Below, in pieces: positions 1 through 13,000 of a stretch of 64,000 nt of DNA. Under the pieces are notes generated by a model. It worked only from the letters and a program-made list of their open reading frames with translations, was not told where the DNA came from and searched no databases. The translations under genes were made by a program, and so were the position numbers. Numbering within the stretch: the first letter of the stretch is position 1; every line of letters starts with the position of its first letter. This stretch comes from Bugula neritina (taxonomy: Eukaryota; Animalia; Bryozoa). The stretch lies in contig OZ037772.1 of assembly GCA_964035545.1 (NCBI GenBank), forward strand, positions 2,728,001-2,792,000. The letters are read 5' to 3'.

Positions 1-107
1 GATCTGAGATCGGTACATGGAAAGCCCGTGTATGAAAACTCTTCTTCATGACATGATCAGAATTGATGATATCAAAGGTAAAAGGTCATGACCTTCAAAT
101 AATATAA

Positions 108-405
<298 letters not shown>

Positions 406-489
406 ATATATATATATATATTTAAATATATCTTTTTGAGCTAGCAATTTGATTATAAATAGGTATACGAGAAACATTGTTATTTATTA

Positions 490-1056
490 CTTTATTAGGT
501 AAAGTAATTACACTGATATTTCGGGTACCACTGTACCCATCTTCAGAGTAGCAATGAATGAAATTCAAAAATTATTATGTTACGTTAGACGTTATGCATG
601 ACACAAAGAATAGAGAGTGGCAGTTATTGTAAATTATTGAAACTTAAGGAGATAATCTTATTTTATATATTACGCAGGTCAAAAATTATACTGATTTTTT
701 TGCATAAAAATAAATTAGAGTTGACAAAAAAAATAGATATCCAAATATAAAAACAGCAAGAATTAGTGAAACTATGTAAGAGTTGAGTAGTGTGGAGCTA
801 TCGATATAGTTTTAGTGGTATGGAGTAATTTTGTTTATTGTGTTGCGGGTTTTATTTGTTTAATGTAGAGAGCTTCGGCTACTTTTCGATGGTGGATTCC
901 TTTAAATGAATGATTTAAAACTGTTGCATTGTCTATTGATATGTTTCGATAATTAGTGGTAGAGATGTGTTCCAAAATTTATCAACACATCTCTACCACT
1001 AATCATGGAAACATATCAATAGACAATGTAACAGTTTTAAATCATTCATTTAAATA
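490..1056 (-). mobile_element. Penelope-like element 3' remnant (GIY-YIG C-terminus, pLTR with hammerhead, inverted partial copy)
   Basis: Minus-strand ~800-975 translates to ILEHISTTNYRNISIDNATVLNHSFKGIHHRKVAEALYIKQIKP..NKQNYSIPLKLY, typical of the PLE endonuclease end. 985-1054 is an inverted copy of 901-970. Confidence 0.8.
511..550 (-). ncRNA. Minimal type I hammerhead ribozyme (family B, Penelope-type)
   Basis: Minus strand reads UACU-CUGAAGA-U GGGUAC AGUG GUACCC-GAAA-UA-UC-AGUG, followed by AATAAA. Lies ~250 nt downstream of a GIY-YIG C-terminal remnant on the same strand. Confidence 0.75.
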
Positions 1057-1959
1057 CAGTTTATCGAATAATTGCAAATTATTTTGTATATACAATGCAA
1101 ATTTCTTATAGAAAAGTGTCCAATTTTTGTTGAAGAAATTACTAAGATTTTTCTTTGAAATAAATGCTATATAATATGTTTAAAAATAAGATTTTAAAAT
1201 TAATGTATCAGCTTTTATTCATAGAAAAAGAATTAAATGTATATAACTGTATATAACTGTATATCGCTGTTGATATTTATAAAAGAAGCGAGAGATGCAA
1301 CTCCCAATAAATATTGAATCCAGAAATAATATTGAATAATAAGGACCATAAGCTAAAGATCATACAGCACTGTCAGCTTGTAATAAATAATATAGTATAA
1401 GATTACTCAAATGAAAATACTATAAATTAAGGTACATTTACATACAAAACATATTTGTGTAAGAAAGTATTTGAATTACAGTTGAAAAAACTACTCAGTG
1501 TTAAAACAACATTTTATTGTAATTAAAGCTTTATTGTAACATATATACAAAAACCTGTTGTTAGTTACTAAAAAATTACGCTGAAAAAATAATAAAGGAA
1601 GTTTGCAGGGGAAGTAACTCCTAATAAACATAAATGTACCAAAAAAAGCAATTTGATTGAAAATTTTAGTTTGACATTCACACAACACACCACAGCAGTA
1701 AGTAATACTCATTGCTGTATAATCAGATAATTTACTTCTGTTACAACTAAAATTTCAATTATGTTACACAATGCTGGTGCTAATTGAGCAATGTTATACA
1801 ATTTCATGATATCAACGGCACCAGTGAAGTAGTCGTATCCAAATAAAACATGATAGACACTCTTCACATGTGCCTTTAGGACATTAGCGTTCTTCAGTGT
1901 TTAGTTACTCAATATATACAATGCAAATATTTTTGTAGAAAGGTGCCAAATAGTTTTTG

Positions 1960-2415
1960 AAGCCCTCAACAATATTCTGTGAGGATAGGGTTGTGGGGGA
2001 CACGGTAAACATATCGGGACAGTCCAACAGCCTCTGCGTCAAAGTTCCTCCTTCTAGACTCAGTGAAGAATTGGCCAACCTTCTAGAAAGTTCCAACTGC
2101 TCAGACGTCACTCTGGCCATCGGACCGCGAGAGGTCAAAGTTCACAAGTCCAACCTCTCCGTCAGGTCTCTTGTCGTCAATGCTATGTTTGAGCATGAGA
2201 TGGATAACAAACAGAATTTAGAATTTAGACAAGATGGTGGCTGACCTTCTCTCCGCAGCAGATAAGTACGCACTAGAGAAGAGTCCCTGTTTGGTAACCT
2301 CTCCATAGACAATGTGTGTGAGGTGCCATGGTTCTAGCAGACCTCCACTCGGCTGAACAACTCAAAACACACGCTCTGGACTTTGTCAACAGCCACGTCA
2401 CAGACGTCGTGGAAA
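1960..2415 (+). pseudogene. SPOP: SPOP/roadkill-like MATH-end, BTB and BACK pseudogene fragment
   Basis: TIFCE.VVGDTVNISGQSN..VKVPPSRLSEELANLLE..SDVTL..HKSNLSVRS.V.NAMFEHEM, then after a deletion and frameshifts [42 protein letters not shown]. Confidence 0.85.
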
Positions 2416-3119
2416 TATGCCATGAAAAATGTGAAGAAACGTACCCTCAACATGTAGACATTGCATTGCCAATCTGAGTTAATGTCAAAGTTTAGCTCTA
2501 TTTCCTAATGATACTTCCTTCTTGAATATCAATTGTACTGCTATCACAAACACTAGTTACAGTAGTATAAAAAAGATCAAATGGCCGGAATTATTGAAAA
2601 CAAGCTGACGAGAAAAAATACAGCATTTGGAAGTTTAAACTCAAGTAAGCAGTATAATAAGCGCCTCTACGGCTATGGAAGTAAGCATCTCGCAGCAACA
2701 AACTTGTCAAAAGTAGGAGTTATCTCCGCTCGACGAATGTTTACTTATGGTTTAGATTGGCAATGTTATTACTGCATAAACAATATAATATGCGGTTCTA
2801 TGTGTATTGTGTAACAGTTAGCACTCAGGTTACTATTCTGTGAGACAAATTTGGGATTTGCTCTACCAAAAGAATTGAAACTATAATATATATGTTTTGT
2901 ATAACATGTTTATCTATTTGATGATAATATTGAAGCAAGCAAAATTACAATAACAAAATATTACAAGACATAACCCAAACCAAAACAAAGATTATCCTAG
3001 CCATCCTTTGAAATCTTGCTGTGTAATACTAGCAAACATAAATTGGTAAGTCTGATAATCGAGATAGATAAGTTATACAAATTAAATACATAAGATAATT
3101 GCAGTTAGAACATCAATAT

Positions 3120-3450
3120 TAAAATATTTCCTTCAACGGAAATTTTTGTAGCCCTAAAATAAATTCTCCAATTCAAATATTTCTCAAATATAAAATTGTG
3201 CAGCTTCAGAAATCCAAATATTTTCTCCAATATAATTTGTGAAGACTAGAAACAAATTTCTCAATTCAAATATAAATTTGTGCAGCTTTAAGATAAAATT
3301 TCTAATTCAAATATTTTCTTCAAATAAACTTATGCTGTTTCAAAATCAATAAATCAAATCAACAATTTTTCTTTAAATAATTTATGCCGCTTAAAAATTA
3401 ATAGATCAATTCAAACAAAATTTCCTCAAACAAGTTTTTGCTGCTTCTAA
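3120..3450. repeat. Degenerate ~40-bp AT-rich tandem repeat
   Basis: Recurring aattcaaatatttt..caaatataaattgtgcagctt units. Confidence 0.55.
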
Positions 3451-5659
3451 AGAAAACTAATACATTTGTTAGTCTAAATAACAAAAGAGGTTAAGAATAT
3501 CCTTAACATAAAATTGTAACATTACTTACTGCAGCCAGTCTATATTATCGATATTTGTATCAATTAGTCAGTTTTCTAGACGTCCCCCCCTAATATAATT
3601 ATTACTGCTGCTATATCTTCTATGCTCCAATCGTCTTTAGCTGCTTTTATCTTCTTGTATATCTATCTTCATTCGTCATTTATCATTCATCCTTTTTCTA
3701 TTTTCAGAAATTCAGCTCCTTTTGTACCAAATCTTTTTGGCAATGGTTCAGATTTTAAGGATACCGACAATAACTGGCCAATGAAAACCAGCGGCAGACT
3801 GACGTAGAACTCGGTTAGGTATGTTGGCAGCTTTACAGCCAAGATAGGGATTGACGTAAGAAGGATCTGTTGTTATTGGCTCATCTTTGTATATTGTGGG
3901 CTATATAATCAATAATTGTACAGCAATCCTTAATCTAAAAAATAACTTTAAAACTATAATATGATAAAATGTATCAGTCGATGCTCACGTGTTGACCTTT
4001 GTAACAGGCTGATCAATGTCAAAAAATTTATTAGGCGTTTGAAACAATATATCATCTACATGTTGGTGTAAACAAATATTTACACATATGTGTATCTCTA
4101 TTTATGAACAGCATCTGCTATATGTTTCAGCTTTTTTATTCATTCCCATTTGTTCATCAATTAGTGTTTTATTTCAAAAGTCAATATTACAAATTTCAAC
4201 ACGTGATCATGGCGTGTGGTACTATCCTAACACACAATTACTTGTCTAAAAGCCACACTACTAAAAAATACTATATATATATATGTGTATTTAATAATGC
4301 ATTAAGCAATTTCTATGCAAGACCGAAATATTTAACTTACTCAAAACTTGTACATTTGAACTTTTAACTTCACTCAATTATTGGGCCTCATGCATCATAA
4401 AACTTTTGAACGTGTTTTATATTCTTTCTTGAATGTTGTAGATAAACTGTAGTCTACATACCTTGGTGGAGCAGATATAAGAATTTATAATTGCGTCAAC
4501 CCGTTGCAGCAGCCATCTTACTGGAAATCTCAAACAAACCTCAGCATCGCCAAAGCCATATTTTAGCAAGCTGACAGAAGATCTCAGATACATAACTTGT
4601 GAAGTACAGAAGTAAGAATTAAACACAAAGGACAGTATATGTATAATCATGCCTTCCATCAAGGCTATCGCTTTTTTAAAGAATTTTCTGAGAATAATGA
4701 TACAAATATTACCACTTCAGCTTAACAACTTATGACATAACGGTTACATTGGATATCATTTTCTAGATTTCATATTTGTCTGTGTTTTAGTACTGCCAAG
4801 GATATCACTCAGCACTAAATGGACAAAATTGCTTCTTTTAATTAAGACACTATGCTGGAGAAAGGCCAATATATATGAATTGGATAAAGAAACTAGTAAA
4901 TTATTCAGTGTTATAACTTATAATTAAACTTTGAACGAGCTTTGCTCTGATTGGTTTTTTCTGACTTATCGTAATATATATCTATATTTAGCCAGGGTTT
5001 TGTGCCTACATAGTAATGTACACTTCCTATGATAAGAGTAATTGAATGCAAATATAAATGAACATAATTTTTCTGATTTTAGTCTAGTTATGTTATAAGC
5101 ATTAGATAACTTGTTTTTGAGACAGCGGGGTGAGAGCTTTGTAAAAAATTTAGCCTAATTAGAATTTCTGTAATAGATAAACGTTACTATAGCTCCTTAA
5201 CAATTCAATTAAAGTTGAATAAAAATATACATCAAATTACCAGTTCAAAGTAAAAGACTTTGAAGGCTAATAACTTACTACGAAGATTTAAACCAAATAA
5301 CAAGAGACTAAATTCAAAACCAATTTATAATTATTCTTAGCATATGACAAGTATGAATGTTACAGCTGCTCTTATACAATGTACTTGTACAGCTCTTACT
5401 CATCCTAGTATGTTTAACTGGCATAGCATCCTTGTCTTTCTAGGGACTCCGCACATCGTTGGAGTGCAGAGGTCATCTCCAACAAAAGACTTTGAATTAA
5501 AGTGGATAAATAAAAGTAAGCGCTTGTAATGTTTTTCAGCTCTAATTAAAGTTCCCAAAATGTTATTGTTGGTAAGTTTTCAGGCTCAAGAATAATCTTG
5601 TATTTTCTTATTAAAAAACAAAAAGAGAAAAAAAAGAAAATAAGGGTCCTCAGTCGCAA

Positions 5660-5846
5660 AAACCAAAAGATAGCTTTTCCAGAGGTGTAGACATATTTAA
5701 AAGTTTCAAATTTGGGGAAGGAAAATCTAAAAAAGTTCACAAGGATGTCCTAGAAAAATTTGACAACTTTTGTAAAAAGACCTTCAAGAAAATAATCAAG
5801 AGACATCAACTGCTATCAATAGATGAGTACGTCACCAACTTACATT
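5660..5846 (+). mobile_element. Gypsy-type gag fragment, copy 1
   Basis: Near-identical to 6865-7055 and 9440-9635, with an internal deletion. Confidence 0.8.
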
Positions 5847-5924
5847 GTTTATGAGCTTGATAGAGACAAAACTTCACTCAATACCAGAGACATATTTTCA
5901 GATATTGTTTTTTTGTGTTTGCAG

Positions 5925-6090
5925 GTGAAAGACCATTTCCATGTGATGTCTGTGGCAAGGCTTTCAAGCGCAGACACCATCTTGCAGAGCACAGGCGACT
6001 ACACACCAGAGAAACCCTTTCAGTGGTCTGGTAAGAAGTTTACTCATTCCGGTTCATATAGTCGACATCGGAATTACACAAACAAATGTG
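5925..6090 (+). pseudogene. Disabled ZEB/zfh1-like C2H2 zinc-finger exon
   Basis: After the acceptor tttgcag the frame reads (G)[27 protein letters not shown], then a frameshift to EKPFQ[deletion][16 protein letters not shown]. The HSGSYS-H motif is characteristic of ZEB/Zfh1 finger clusters. Confidence 0.75.
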
Positions 6091-6275
6091 ACAAAGTTAA
6101 AAGTGTAACATTTGATGCCAATAGAAGTCTGCCTATAGTAGTAGATGCTACTTTATCATAGAGTGTTGGCTCACAAGAGTTTCTCATCTTAAGCATTAAA
6201 GTAGGCATTATTTGTGTGAATTTTATCCAAGTTATCATGTAGTTTTCTTATCATACGATACAACTCATCAGGATC

Positions 6276-7130
6276 TGGTAGTAGAGAAACATAAAAAATA
6301 TATTTTAATTTAGGAGGAAAAACTGAGAATAAGTAACCAAAACCGAAGATGAGGTCTAGCCGTATATTAAGAAAGTTCTCACAACAAAGTAATTAGCAAA
6401 GAAGGGTCAGAGGTCAAGCATACACCAAATCTAGCAAAGTTATTATCTTCAACAGCCTCTCAATGAAACCATGCCATGCCTAGTTCACCTCATAGCAACA
6501 CACCACTGACAGGGTGGGGTGGGGGAGCATGACTAGCAGAGACTTAGCAATTATAAACTAGGTCAGGGGGCACTTTACAAAAACACAGAATCAGAAAGCA
6601 AGTCAGGAAACTGACAGTGCCTTCCTCCTATCAAAAAGGGAGACAACCAACTACTAACCAAAAAAATACTTAAACGGACACTTGATCTAAATTTTTCAAA
6701 ATAAAAAATAGTTGTTGTAAACATGGCAACTGCACAAGATGGTGCAGAGTTGTCCACCCAATGGTCCTGCTTCAAGGAAGAGTTCAACTATTCTTTAATA
6801 GCCTCAGAAAAATCTGATGAAGAGGATAAAATAAAAATGGCCATTCTAATGCAGACCATTAGACCGAGAGGTGTAGACATATTCAAAAGTTTCAAGTTTG
6901 GGAAAGGAGAATCTAAAGATGTTTACAAGGATGTTCTATATAGGAAAATTTGACAACTTTTGTAAAAAGATCTCCAACAAAATAATTAAAAGACATCAAC
7001 TGCTATCGACAAAACAGGAATGCTTATCAATAGATGAGTAGGTCACCAACTTACATAGGATCGCCAGAAAATGTGACCTTGGTGACATGTATGATGTCTA
7101 TTTTATGCAGGCCTTTTTTCTTGGCAACAA
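6276..7130 (+). mobile_element. Gypsy-type LTR retrotransposon 5' part (putative PBS plus gag), copy 2
   Basis: TGGTAGTAGAG at 6276 resembles a tRNA-iMet PBS (TGGTAGCAGAG). ORF 6723-6953 reads W..FKEEFNY.LIAS..KMAIL; in-frame stops follow. Confidence 0.7.
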
Positions 7131-8339
7131 GAAGTATAATACGTGCAAAATTTTTAAGTTGATGCAGATTAAAAGAACTTATTTATGGGTTAAATAACAA
7201 GCAATTGATTTAAGCTTTTTCAAATATAAGGTTATTTCAATGATAGTAAAATGAATTTTACGTAAAATATAATATATTGTACGAAAATAAACAAATAGCA
7301 GCTAACTGGGTAGGAAGCATTTAACTGAGATGATAACATGTTATGTTACATCACCTTATTGTGTATGATTTTAGTATTAAGAACTTTTCTTGGACCACCT
7401 ACTACCACAACCAGTTTACCAACTAGTCAAGAAGCAAATAATGGAGATAATCGAGAAGGTGCTTAATAAAAAAATTGTATATTTGGCGATAACCTCTAAA
7501 TTTGTGATAGCTGTCATTATATTATCATACTTGCAAAAACATAATATTCAATTTTATCTACAAATAATAGTACAATAAAGTATGCTGCACATATATAGTA
7601 TCATGATTATATTAGCTAAGAATGTACCTGTGGTATTGTTTAGAGTTTACAGCTTTGACATCAAAGGGGCTTTACTAATTTACATTTGTTTGATCAATGA
7701 ATCGGAGCACTTACTATCATGCAGTCCAAATTTCTGTTCTGCATGCATCTTCAAATGAGATTTAAATGTTCAATTAGAATTACTTATTTAATGTTTTGTT
7801 TATTTTTAGTTAGCAATGTTGAAAATATTGGAGAGGTATCATGCAGTTCAACAAGCCATGGAAGGTTTGTGTTGACACTTTGAAAATGTTTTATGGTTAC
7901 AATTGGCATAACATACAATTACTTTAATGTGACACGATGATTGTATTGAATTATCAGTATGACAAGACACTTTTATCTATAATATTTTTCCTGTTTTAAA
8001 GTACAAGAAATAGATGGAAATAACAGCTCCAGCGCCGGACCAGCTTATCCTATTGAAGCACTCAAGAAAGACATATAGAAGGTGCTTAGTAATGTACTAT
8101 AATCAAATTTCTGTATATATACAAGTTTTCAGCCAAGGAGTTGCAATCACATGTTCTGTAGTTTTCAGAACAAAAAGATGCTTTTGTTGAGCAGAGTCTT
8201 GAGCTTGGTGACTTGACGAAATTGCTTTGGTCTTAGATAAGTCACAAAAGCATTTATTTGTAGTTAATCTAAATACTAATATAAGACAGTTATAAACTAG
8301 ATCTTAGTTTTAGGTCATATATAGTATGAAATTTCACAG

Positions 8340-8958
8340 ACATGAAAAAACAACTAAAGGAGGTGCTGGATGGGCAGAAAAAACTGATGGCTATAATCAC
8401 TGATAGCCATAGTGGCAAAGACAATATAACTGAGCAGCTGGAGGAGCCGCTAAAAACAATACAAGAGTTTGAATCTCTTGAAGAACTTCTCCAATCCTCA
8501 AGAGAAAAACGTTCTGCTCTGGTACATAGTATGCTACTATATAATATAGATTGTATAGCTAGTTTAAAAACTTTTGGTGTATAACATGCAACATATAACA
8601 TCCTGGCGTAGTTGATATTAGAATACAATTTCTAGTGAACTGTAGATTTTCAAGCTATAAAATGTGTTTCTCTTATGGAATGTTTCTCATTAAAGTGTTA
8701 GAAAAAATATTTGCCCCACTGCAATAACACATTGAATGTATTCATGTAAATTCATGCTATGAAATATAGGTGCATTAATGTTGTAGACAAAGTTTCTTTT
8801 CCAACTGGGGGGAAAAAACTGCGCAGATATGGTGAAAAAAGCCATGAGAAGAATTGGCACCAATTGGCTGTGGAGCCAATTCAGTATGAAGGGCAAAGCC
8901 CATAAACAACATAAAAAGCTGTCTCTAAAAAAAACTGCAGCTTATAAATGCATACTCA
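8340..8958 (+). pseudogene. DUF4806-like gene exons (often a transposon accessory gene)
   Basis: Exon ~8340-8521 (..EEPLKTIQEFESLEELL..) and exon 8787-8958 (FLFQLGGKNCADMVKKAMRRIGTNWLWSQFSMKGK) have AG/GT boundaries. No complete gene could be reconstructed. Confidence 0.6.
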
Positions 8959-9249
8959 GTAAGTCATATAAATTAATCTCGTTTATTTACATCATAATTA
9001 GTTTCACTTCGCTTAAGTTTTTCAGAAATAATTTCAAAGGTTACAGAAGTAAAGTTATAAGCTAAATTTACTTTGATTGAAAAGACATACAGTCAGCATA
9101 TTTTTTGTTTCATGTAGAAGGTTAAAGCTCACAGTTGCTAATATAAATTTGTTTTAAAAATGTTTGGCTATTTTATCTTCTAACTTAAACATGCAATACA
9201 GTCTGTATTTTGGGAGATAATATAATATTGAAATAAAATCTGTATTAAA

Positions 9250-10096
9250 ACTTAAACAGACACTTGATCTAAATTTGTCAAAATAAAAAATAGTTGTTGT
9301 AAACATGACAACTGCACAAGATGATGCAGAGTTATCCACCCAATGGTCCTGCTTCAAGGAAGAGTTTAACTATTCTCTAATAGCATCAGAAAAATCTGAG
9401 GATAAAATAAAAATGGCCATTCTAATGCGACCATTAGACCGAGAGGTGTGGACATATTCAAAAGTTTCAAGTTTGGGGAAGGAGAATATAAAGATGTTTA
9501 CAAGGATGTCCTATAATATAGGAAAATTTGACAACTTTTGTAAAAAGACCTTCAAGAAAATAATCAAAAGACATCAACTGCTATCGACAAAACAGGAATG
9601 CTTATCAATAGATGAGTATGTCACCAACTTTTATAGGATCGCCAAAAAATGTGACCTTGGTGACATGTATGATGATTTTTTTATGCAGGCCTTTCTTCTT
9701 GGCATCAACGACGAACAACTGCGGAGAAAATTGTTCAAGGAGTCAGAAAACATAGACCTCAAAAAAGCTATTAAAAAGTGCAAAGTGGCTGAGAGCTCTC
9801 AGAGTGATATGAAGACTATTAAAGCGGAAGGAGAATCAATTCATACACTTGGTCTCAAGGCCACTAAAGCAAACAAAAGTGCCAAACTGTACTTATGCAC
9901 AACTGACAAGGAAGCAAATAATCTTGCCAAGTCTAACTGTGGAAACTGTGGCAACTCTCATCCTCCCGAAAATGCATACGGCAAACAGTGTAGTAACTGC
10001 AAGAAATCCAATCACTTCATAGCAGTCTGCAGATCCAGGAAAAATGGCAGAATAAATGCAGTCACTGAACACATAGCTAAAACATTAAAGCTTTAA
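9250..10096 (+). mobile_element. gag: Gypsy-type gag, copy 3 (longest), with zinc knuckles
   Basis: ORF 9305-10096: KQECLSIDEYVT..AKKCD.G..FLLGINDEQLRRKL..CGNCGNSH..AYGKQCSNCKKSNHFIAVC. No pol follows. Confidence 0.85.
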
Positions 10097-13000
10097 CTGC
10101 AACCGTTTTACCTTTTTAGGTTGAATGCAATAAAAAGAAGTGCAGTGTCAAATATACATGTAGCTTCAAGTAGACTTGCACTCATGGCAACTGAAAATCA
10201 TGGACAATAATAGTTCTATACTCAAAATACGTGCAGATAAGTCAGTAATAAGTCTGAAGTTGTGTTTATACCTCTCCTGAACAAAGTATTTATGTTTCAG
10301 TTAATAACACTCTTCAGAGTGCACCCTTAAATAGTTTTACTGAAACTCGGTGACATTTCAACTTTAATTTAAATGCTGACTAAAAATGTGGAAGGTATAA
10401 ATGCAACTTAGCAAATATTACCTAAAAGCTCCATCTAATAAAATAGTTGTGAAGTTTTAGCTACATGCAACATTTTAATAGGCAAAATTACAATCACTCA
10501 CCCTAGTGCTTACTAATCACAAAACCTGGTTTGATAACCGGGGAATTTTAAATAACAATTCATTTCATCAAGATTAGAATTAAAGTAAATTTTTTATGGC
10601 ATTCTCACCAAATAAAGATTTGCTGTCATTGTCCAACTTTGCTCTTTTAATCAAATTATTAAAAGCACTTTGAACAATAGAAGCTGAGTCTACAAAAGAA
10701 AGGAGATGCATGTAAATACAATTTTATATCTGAGTGTTATTCCGTGCATTTAATCCAAAAATGTTAATGAGAAAAACTGAAGGCTCTTGAGTGTGTGTTA
10801 CAAAAATGTTATATAAAGCCTGAGATCATGCTTTAAAACACTTTAAATATTGCATAATATATATTAAATCAAGTAAGTACAAGATCAAAATATATATCCA
10901 TACTATGATTTATTATATGTTTAAATATACATGAAGTGCTAGCATAATGTAGCTAATATTTTATATTATGATCAGCCATAAGTGATCGTTATAATTTTAA
11001 ACAATGTATATGTTCGCAGTCTAAATACAATAAATAGATAGCTGTTGTCCATATTTTCAATGCAAGCTGATTAAAAATTGCCAGTGCAGAGTGTGACAGC
11101 CGATACTAGTTGCTGTATCAGCTGATAATTGTTGCTGCGTCAGCACGGATGCCTATGTATTATGATTCACTTAACAAAGGGTGAATGAATTGAGGACACA
11201 GATGCAGGCCCCAACTCTATTTTTTGTTTATTGCCAACAGCATATTTTCTAAGTTAGACTTAGACTCGAACTCATACTTATACTCATACTGTAACCTATA
11301 ACCATGAGAATTACAAACATCATGTTAACTCAACATTAATTACACAGCTGACAAAACAATTAGTTAATGAAGTTCAAAACAAAAGATAATATAATACTTG
11401 ATACTCACAATTAGGTATAGATTGCCTGCATCTTTAGCAGGAGGAAAATTGAGCTGCACTGACTCATTGAATAGAAATAGCCAGCAAATAGCTATCGCGA
11501 AAGCTTTCACAAATAGCTTTCATTTCACAATGGTTTTTGGAAAGCTGCCAAAACTCCTGCAACACAGAGATCTATATATGGCCTTCAAAGCTATTAAAAT
11601 ATATTTTATAGAGTTCCAATCACCATTAAAACAAAGTTTGAGTATAGTAGGCAATATAATTACTGAACAGACTAACTTTAAATATATATCAACGTAAGAG
11701 GTCTAACATTATTCTTAAAAACAAAGTAACAAAAGTAACAAGCTAAAGTTGCTTTCGAAACAAAATAATGATTTACAGGTATATAAATTATTAAATTAAA
11801 ATGTTTGGTATTAGATTACATCATATAGTTTTTTGGTAAGCATTATGCATGATTGTCTCCCCAATCAACCAGAAGTCATATTATGCAGTTTGATGATTTT
11901 AGTTATTTAAAAAAGATAATTGTATTTTCAGTAAATTGTTACATGAAACAAAATTGCACATTTCCTCATAAATTTAACTACAGTTAAAACAACATTATTG
12001 TTTTTTGGTAAGACTGGAAGAAATTAAAATAATACTCAACCTAAGAAGATACATACCTTTTGCTGTCTCCAACTTGCTGCTCAACTTTTCATTTTTGCTT
12101 CTGGTAGAAACAGGCATTTTTTCTAAGAATTTAGTTATATAGTGTTTAAAAGTACTATGGTTTCCTAGCAAGCTTTACCTTGCTGAAATGTAACTTTCCA
12201 GTGTCAGAATAGCAGGTTTGACAAAATTTCTTATTTATATACTGCTATAATAGTAACAAAGAAAATTATCTGTTCTTACAATTACTTCTACTAAGGTCTA
12301 GAGGGAGACTGCATCCCTATAATTATGAAAAAGATAATAGACCTCTTGTAGTTCTGGGCCTACTTTCTTTTCATCTTCATAATAATCAGGAAGCCTAAGT
12401 AAGCCTAAAAGTTTTTAATCTACTAAAAATGGCTGCCAAGAGTTGTACTTTAGTTTAAACCTTATAAAAAAATCCTGGAATTAGCCTATTTGGCCGCAAC
12501 TTCAAAAGCACTGTCATAATTATAATATCTTTTGAATAAGTTTACCCTCCAATACTGTATAATAAAGACAAATCTTCAAGCTAGCTGTTCTATTTTTCTT
12601 GGTTTTGTGTTATCTCAGTACATGCAAAGTTTATAGTCTCTATGAGAGACCTTCTTCAACTGACTGAGCATAATAGCTGAAAATTTTGTCTGCTGTCACT
12701 ACAACGTGAACTTTTATAATAGGAGATGTTAAGAAATGCTTGCAGCTTACTGTTGCGACTATAAATATTAGACCCTGTAGCATATAAGACACCAAGTTTC
12801 ATTCACAATAAACCTAATGGGAATCAAGAGATAATAAATTCAAAGTTATTACCACATATTATTGAAAATTATCTATACATGTCTTACTCTTTTTTTGTGT
12901 AGGTAATCATATTATATGACTAGCAAGAAATTTAGATTTTGATATTCACCCATTGCGTGAACAATATTTTTTCTAACTGAATTATTTTACTTGAAAAATT

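Noticed and set aside
10285-10322. Possible further hammerhead on minus (CUGAAGA-GUGUUAUUAACU-GAAA-CAUA)
   Set aside because: Stem I and stem III do not pair convincingly; at best a decayed copy.
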